Below, piece by piece: positions 58,681 through 64,000 of a stretch of 64,000 nucleotides of DNA; position 1 is the stretch's first letter, and each line of letters opens with the position of its first letter. This DNA is from Bacteroidota bacterium (lineage in GTDB: Bacteria > Bacteroidota > Bacteroidia > UBA4408). A program made the translations under genes and the position numbers. A model generated the notes under the pieces. It was not told the origin of the DNA and did not search any database. It was given only the letters and a program-made list of their open reading frames with translations. Where the stretch lies: contig JBKCNM010000075.1 in assembly GCA_046297395.1 (NCBI GenBank), positions 14,037 through 78,036 on the forward strand. The letters run 5' to 3'.

Positions 58681-59568
58681 ATGTGGGAAGAATTAAAACA
58701 ACAGTTTAGAAACGGGCAGATGTTTACAAGGTTGATTCTCGCCAATGTGGGAATTTATCTGGTAACAACAATCAGCGTTGTTTTTTTTCATCAGTTCAAT
58801 CCCACTGCAAGCAATGATTTTTTACTCAAGTATACGGCTGTTACAAGCAACCTTTGGGAGCTTTTATTCAAGCCATGGACCATCATCAGTTACCAGTTTA
58901 TTCATCAGCAATTTTCTCATATTCTTTACAACATGCTGATGTTGTATTTCGGAGGTCGCCTGTTTACCGAGTATTTATCAGATAAAAATCTTTTGCGTGT
59001 TTACCTTGGTTCCGGTATTGCCGGCGCATTGATTTATATTACAGCGTATAATCTTCTGCCAGTATATGTTGTTGAAAAAAATTACTCTGTTGCCATCGGA
59101 TCGTCTGCAAGCGCGCTGGGAATATTTATTGCCATAGCCACCTACATTCCCAATTTCATGGTAAGCATCTTCATGCTCTTTGAAGTAAGACTTAAGTATG
59201 TGGCTGTTTTTTTGGTTTTGTTAGACCTGATCAATCTTGACAAGGGAAATGCAGGAGGGCATTTTACCCATCTGGGCGGTGCTCTGTTCGGTTATCTCTA
59301 TGCAATTAACCTTCGAAAGGGGAGAGACTGGTTTGGTGGCATGGCTGAACTTTACGAAAAACTGAAAAAGCGTTTTTCTCCGCGCAAGCCATCCCTTAAA
59401 AAAGTTTACCAGGCAGCAAGCAAGGATCCTTCGGCAAGTGCCTTTCAGAGAGAGCGCATGAAGCAGGAGGTGGTAGACCGCATTCTCGACAAAATATCCC
59501 GCTCAGGATACAACAGCCTCACCAAGGAAGAAAAAGAAATTCTTTTTCATGCCAGTAAAGATAAATAG
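58681..59568 (+). CDS. Rhomboid family protein (second, divergent paralog)
   Basis: 295 aa. GSSASALG replaces the GxSG motif, and THLGGALFGYL provides the His region. There is a soluble C-terminal tail. Confidence 0.65.
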   Translation: MWEELKQQFRNGQMFTRLILANVGIYLVTTISVVFFHQFNPTASNDFLLKYTAVTSNLWELLFKPWTIISYQFIHQQFSHILYNMLMLYFGGRLFTEYLSDKNLLRVYLGSGIAGALIYITAYNLLPVYVVEKNYSVAIGSSASALGIFIAIATYIPNFMVSIFMLFEVRLKYVAVFLVLLDLINLDKGNAGGHFTHLGGALFGYLYAINLRKGRDWFGGMAELYEKLKKRFSPRKPSLKKVYQAASKDPSASAFQRERMKQEVVDRILDKISRSGYNSLTKEEKEILFHASKDK

Positions 59569-59690
59569 ATATTTAGTGAGTGTTACGCCTGTTAAAAGCT
59601 CAACTTCACCCTTAAAAATCCCCGGAGTGTAAACGAACCCTAGTTAATTCCCTCATGAGTCACAAATAGAAGCTGTGCAATTATTCATTC

Positions 59691-61013
59691 TCATTCACTG
59701 ACTTTTTGAAGGATTTGGTTTGTGTACATCTCTCCATTTGTAAAGAGACTTAGGAAATAAATGCCGGGTGCAAGTGATTGTGTATTCAGCATCCATCCAT
59801 TTTCGAAGACATCTAACGCCGGAATCGGCATGATTTGCCCCTGAAGAGAAACAATCCTAATGCTTACAGTGCTCGCATCCATCTTATCTGTGTAAACAAA
59901 CACCTGCTTATCAAAAGGATTTGGGTAAACATGCACCGGGGATTTTGCAGAAGGGAAATGTTGTGCAGTAGGAATGCACTGAGGAGCGGTTCCGGCTTGC
60001 TCTATGAATACTCCATTGTTTGCACTCCAGTGAAACCAAGATAGGTTTCCAGTTCCTTGCCAGTTTGGAATGGAAAAGGTGTTTGCCCCATTTGCCGTTC
60101 CCCTGATGCGGCATGCTTTTACAGCCATGCCTCCCCGCAACCAGGTGAGCGCCTGACCGGGTGTACAATTTTCCGGTGCAGGTTGGGAGAGCTCGCAGTT
60201 GGAAGAAACAAAATAAGCATTGTCATCAGTCGCAGGCCATCCTCCAAATACCCTTCCTGTTCCAGCGCTATCAATACAAACAGCCGTATATTCTTCGCAT
60301 GCTATCGCTTTAGCAAACACCCCATAATCCTCATAAATTTTTGCTAAAAAGGACATGAGCCGGCCTTTTCTGTCGGGATTGTCGAAATGGGTATCAGTGA
60401 TGATATTCCGCAAAACATCCTGTGCAATAAAATGGCTTGAATCTAATGTAACCAGAGAGTGATAAGGATTGGCCAAAGCAGTGGAAGAGGTAACAGTGCC
60501 ATTTTGTGCAGAAAAATAAAAACCACCCTGAATGGCCATTCCTGCGCTGGTTCCTCCGATGGTGATGTGGCGTTGTGCAATCATGGTATTGATGATGCTG
60601 TCTACAGGGGTGTTTCGCCAGTTAGAAATATAGGACCACTGATCACCACCTGCAAACCAGATGGCTTCTGCTTCTGCTACTCGCTGCAGGACATAAGGAT
60701 GATAGGCCGCTGCAGGACTTGTGCAAACAATGGTTTCAACGGAATGAACATCAATGCCCAAATCGGAATACAGGTAATTGTTGTACCCATTGGACCCCGT
60801 GGTTCGCAAAACCAGTATGTCTCCCCCATTGGCCTGCTGCAGAAACCAGCGCATGGCATGATCATCTTCTGTAGCGCCTCCCATCAAACAAATACCGCCT
60901 TTTGGAGAAGTAATCATATCGCCTGCATTGCCGGTGATATATGACACATAGGGCTGTGCATACGAAGCATATGATATAAAAAAGGACAAGAGAAATAAAA
61001 AGACCGGCTTCAT
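59691..61013 (-). CDS. Cyanophycinase-like S51 family serine peptidase with a T9SS C-terminal sorting domain
   Basis: 440 aa with a signal peptide. GGDILVL, FAGGDQWSY and IGGTSAGMAIQGG (the GxSAG nucleophile) match the cyanophycinase/dipeptidase E (S51) core. The C-terminal ~80 aa (VYPNPFDKQVFVYTD...GIYFLSLFTNGEMYTNQILQKVSE) fit the T9SS CTD. Confidence 0.65.
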   Translation of the reverse strand: MKPVFLFLLSFFISYASYAQPYVSYITGNAGDMITSPKGGICLMGGATEDDHAMRWFLQQANGGDILVLRTTGSNGYNNYLYSDLGIDVHSVETIVCTSPAAAYHPYVLQRVAEAEAIWFAGGDQWSYISNWRNTPVDSIINTMIAQRHITIGGTSAGMAIQGGFYFSAQNGTVTSSTALANPYHSLVTLDSSHFIAQDVLRNIITDTHFDNPDRKGRLMSFLAKIYEDYGVFAKAIACEEYTAVCIDSAGTGRVFGGWPATDDNAYFVSSNCELSQPAPENCTPGQALTWLRGGMAVKACRIRGTANGANTFSIPNWQGTGNLSWFHWSANNGVFIEQAGTAPQCIPTAQHFPSAKSPVHVYPNPFDKQVFVYTDKMDASTVSIRIVSLQGQIMPIPALDVFENGWMLNTQSLAPGIYFLSLFTNGEMYTNQILQKVSE

Positions 61014-61151
61014 AAATTAGGATGTTTGTTGGATGATGTGAAGGTACATTTTAATCAAGCAAAATGAGTGGAATTAAAATCGGAAAGGGTTGTTTTGTCT
61101 GACTTCAGCCTTGGGAGAATCGGGGTGTGTCCCTATCTTTGTTTGCGGGGA

Positions 61152-63806
61152 ATGGAAGAAAAAATCAGAAAAGGCAAAACCAAAAAGCCGGACAGCGGGA
61201 CAGAAACTCCCCTGATGAAGCAATACAATTCCATCAAGTCAAAATATCCTGATGCATTGTTGCTATTCAGGGTAGGAGATTTTTATGAAACCTTTGGTGC
61301 CGATGCAGTGAAAGTTTCATCCATCCTTGGCATTGTGCTTACCCGCCGCAACAACGGATCGAGTGGAGAAACGGAATTGGCCGGATTTCCGCATCATGCA
61401 CTCGATACTTACCTGCCTCGTTTGGTGAAAGCCGGAAACAGGGTCGCCATCTGTGATCAGTTGGAGGATCCGAAACAAACAAAAACCATCGTCAAGCGAG
61501 GTGTAACAGAGTTGGTCACCCCCGGCATCTCCTACAACGAAAAAACGCTGGAGCAAAGACAGAATAATTTTCTCGCATCTCTATACTGGCCGCCGCAATA
61601 CCGTCCGGAGATGGCAAACAGTATTTGTGCTGCAGCATTTTTGGATGTGAGTACCGGAGATTTTTTTGTTGCGGAAGGCAACAGCGCTTATATTCAAAAA
61701 CTTATTCAAAACCACATGCCCAGCGAAGTGGTTTTTCCTAAAAGCCGTCATCAATGGGCGCAGGAATTCACAGAGAAAGGATGCTACTCGTATTCCATTG
61801 ATGATTGGGTTTACTCAGGCGATTATACACAAGAACTTTTGCGGAAGCAGCTGGCTACTCATTCCTTGCGCGGATTTGGGATAGAAGAGATGGAAGCCGG
61901 TATTGTAGCAGCCGGTGCAGCATTGCATTATCTTAAAGAAACGGCTTCCAGAGAAACGGCACACATCAACCGCATACAGCGTATTGAAGAAGACAAATAT
62001 GTATGGCTTGACAAGTTCACACTCAGGAACCTTGAGGTGATTCATGGCGTCAACGACAGGGCCGTCAGTCTTTGTCAGGTCATGGACCATACCCTCACGC
62101 CCATGGGGTCCAGAATGCTCCGGCGATGGTTGGTCATGCCCCTTAGGGATGCCCATGCCATAGCAGAGCGACATGGTGTTGTGGAATTGTTTATCCACGA
62201 GGAGCGCCTTGCCAACGAGGCTTCAGAATTGTTGCGGAGATGCGGAGATGTTGAGCGCTTGGTGTCTCGCGCTGCGGTACAAAAAATCACGCCCAGAGAA
62301 GTGGTACAGCTTGGCAATGCACTTGCAAGCATGCAGTTGTTTCGTGAGGTTTTGAAAAATCATACTGCCAAAACCCTGGTAGCAAAATGGCATGATCGAA
62401 TGAATCCCTGCGATTATCTGCTGCAAAAAATAAAATCAGAAGTGCGCGAGGATGCCCCGCCTGCCTTGCACAAGGGAAGCATTTTCAAAGAAGGAGTAGA
62501 TGCGGAGTTGGATGAGTACCGTCAATTACTCACGCATGGCAAAGAATATTTGCAAAAAATTCAGGAGCGCGAAGTACAGCGCACCGGAATTTCCTCACTC
62601 AAGATTTCCTATAATGCTGTTTTTGGTTATTACCTGGAGGTAACCCACACCCACAAAGACAAGGTACCTTCTGATTGGACACGCAGGCAAACCCTCACCA
62701 ATGCGGAACGATACATCACTCCGGAATTGAAAGAGTATGAAGAAAAAATTCTTCATGCAGAAGACAACATAGGAAAGCTAGAACAAACACTTTTCTCGAG
62801 GCTTGTGCAGGAGATAAATAATTGCCTGCAACCAATTCAGCAAAATGCACAGGTGCTTTCAGAGGCCGACTGCCTGCTTTCATTCGCCACACTTTCCGGT
62901 CGAAACGGTTATGTAAAGCCTTTGGTACACGATGGCAATACCCTGATGCTAAAAGAGTCCAGACATCCGGTGATTGAAACCCTTTTGCCTCCCGGTGAAT
63001 CCTATATCAGCAATGATGTGTGGCTGGATGCGGAAAAACAACAGATCCTCATGATTACCGGTCCCAATATGTCGGGAAAATCTGCATTGCTAAGGCAAGT
63101 TGCCCTTGTGGTGGTGATGGCACAATGTGGTTGTTTTGTTCCGGCATCCCACGCAGAAATAGGCTTGGTAGATAAAATTTTTACGCGTGTTGGTGCCTCC
63201 GACAACCTGTCAACCGGAGAGTCTACTTTCATGGTTGAAATGAATGAAACAGCAAGCATTCTCAACAATATTTCCAATCGCAGCCTGGTGATTCTCGACG
63301 AGATAGGAAGGGGTACCAGCACCTATGACGGGGTGTCTATTGCATGGGCCATTGCAGAATTTTTACATGAAAATACATCGGCAAGGCCACGGACATTGTT
63401 TGCAACCCATTACCATGAACTCAATGAAATGGAGCACAGTTTTTCCCGCATTCACAACATGTCTATTTCGGTGCATGAGCAGGCAGATAAAATTCTTTTT
63501 CTGCGCAAGGTGGTTTCTGGGGGAAGTGCACACAGTTTTGGAATTCATGTAGCCCGCATGGCGGGCATGCCCTCGGCAGTTATTCGCAGGAGCGAGGAAA
63601 TACTCAGCTGGCTGGAGCAAAGCCATAGCAAAAAGCCGGAGGGCAAAACCAAATCTGAGGAAAATTTGCAATTGAGTTTTTTTCAACTGGATGATCCGGT
63701 GCTGGAGCAAATCAGAGAGCAGCTGCTGAACACAGACATCAATGTGCTCACCCCGGTTGAAGCACTGATCAAATTACATGAAATAAAACAACTGCTGGGA
63801 AGATAA
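61152..63806 (+). CDS. mutS: DNA mismatch repair protein MutS
   Basis: TPLMKQYNSIKSKYPDALLLFRVGDFYETFGADA is the mismatch-binding N-terminus. Walker A ITGPNMSGKSALLRQ and the ...DEIGRGTSTYDG (DE..GRGT) motif are present. Start taken at the internal Met MEEKIRKG; the ORF's first ATG would add an atypical 28-aa leader. Confidence 0.9.
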   Translation: MEEKIRKGKTKKPDSGTETPLMKQYNSIKSKYPDALLLFRVGDFYETFGADAVKVSSILGIVLTRRNNGSSGETELAGFPHHALDTYLPRLVKAGNRVAICDQLEDPKQTKTIVKRGVTELVTPGISYNEKTLEQRQNNFLASLYWPPQYRPEMANSICAAAFLDVSTGDFFVAEGNSAYIQKLIQNHMPSEVVFPKSRHQWAQEFTEKGCYSYSIDDWVYSGDYTQELLRKQLATHSLRGFGIEEMEAGIVAAGAALHYLKETASRETAHINRIQRIEEDKYVWLDKFTLRNLEVIHGVNDRAVSLCQVMDHTLTPMGSRMLRRWLVMPLRDAHAIAERHGVVELFIHEERLANEASELLRRCGDVERLVSRAAVQKITPREVVQLGNALASMQLFREVLKNHTAKTLVAKWHDRMNPCDYLLQKIKSEVREDAPPALHKGSIFKEGVDAELDEYRQLLTHGKEYLQKIQEREVQRTGISSLKISYNAVFGYYLEVTHTHKDKVPSDWTRRQTLTNAERYITPELKEYEEKILHAEDNIGKLEQTLFSRLVQEINNCLQPIQQNAQVLSEADCLLSFATLSGRNGYVKPLVHDGNTLMLKESRHPVIETLLPPGESYISNDVWLDAEKQQILMITGPNMSGKSALLRQVALVVVMAQCGCFVPASHAEIGLVDKIFTRVGASDNLSTGESTFMVEMNETASILNNISNRSLVILDEIGRGTSTYDGVSIAWAIAEFLHENTSARPRTLFATHYHELNEMEHSFSRIHNMSISVHEQADKILFLRKVVSGGSAHSFGIHVARMAGMPSAVIRRSEEILSWLEQSHSKKPEGKTKSEENLQLSFFQLDDPVLEQIREQLLNTDINVLTPVEALIKLHEIKQLLGR

Positions 63807-63823
63807 GTGAAGCGCTTCAGGGC

Positions 63824-64000
63824 TCAGACCACAATACCTCTCCTTTGTGGCCGATGTACATATTTTTTCCACTCTTGAGAGCGCCTTTCCGCACATAGGC
63901 GATGCCACCTTCAAAGTCGCTTGGAAATTCAAATTGATAATCGACAACAACCTTTCCGGACTTGTCTATAAATCCCCACTTTGAATTTTTATCTGTATCC
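63824..64000 (-). CDS. WG-repeat (KWGFIDxxGKVVV type) protein, C-terminal fragment running off the window edge
   Basis: Reverse-strand translation gives ...DKNSKWGFIDKSGKVVVDYQFEFPSDFEGGIAYVRKGALKSGKNMYIGHKGEVLWSEP*. The WGFID.sGk.vv motif defines WG-containing repeats. Truncated by the window. Confidence 0.45.

Noticed and set aside
63807-63820. Perfect palindrome TGAAGCGCTTCA between convergent mutS and the WG-repeat gene
   Set aside because: A self-complementary 12-mer with no loop and no flanking U-tract is not a convincing terminator. It may be a restriction-site-like coincidence, so it is only noted.
1-64000. CRISPR arrays, transposases, integrases, phage genes
   Set aside because: I found no evenly spaced direct repeats of 25-40 bp with spacers anywhere. 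There is no DDE, Tyr/Ser-recombinase or phage structural protein signature in any frame. The tRNA-Cys has no cognate direct repeat. The window looks like core chromosome, not a mobile island.

Overview
This 64 kb window is a gene-dense chromosomal segment that looks Bacteroidota-like. Three secreted hydrolases carry T9SS-type C-terminal sorting domains (a YPNPA/FPNPV/YPNPF stretch ending in beta-strands). There are MORN/YwqK-type repeat proteins, a DUF4270-like lipoprotein right after glmS, two rhomboids right after mutL, and a PAS/HisKA_2 kinase paired with a LytTR regulator. I called about 55 CDSs, one tRNA-Cys(GCA) with a clean rho-independent terminator, no rRNA, no CRISPR array and no transposase or integrase. 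Most genes are housekeeping: purD, pyrC-like, mnmG, mnmA, nadA, rpiB, fbp, glmS, panC, radA, mutL, mutS and hldD, plus a free-standing RfaE domain II. The region is rich in exported peptidases (M1, S9, S8, S51) and envelope glycan genes (two DPM1-like GT2, a GT4, two NAD-dependent epimerases, a GtrA-like protein and a GT87/DUF2029-like membrane protein). The most unusual feature is a tightly coupled operon divergent from a MarR gene. It encodes a 1061-aa M1 zinc aminopeptidase with an apparent outer-membrane beta-barrel C-terminus, then an 894-aa tandem D-Ala-D-Ala-ligase-like double ATP-grasp protein, then a deoxynucleoside kinase. Second is a roughly 930 bp AT-rich non-coding region next to mnmG (gidA) that carries three 16-bp palindromes (TGTTCCA-NN-TGGAACA), each containing a DnaA-box-like 9-mer. 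It is a candidate oriC or transcription-factor operator array. Third is an exported cyanophycinase-like S51 peptidase with a T9SS sorting domain. All calls come from reading motifs in the supplied translations and sequence; no database search was possible.
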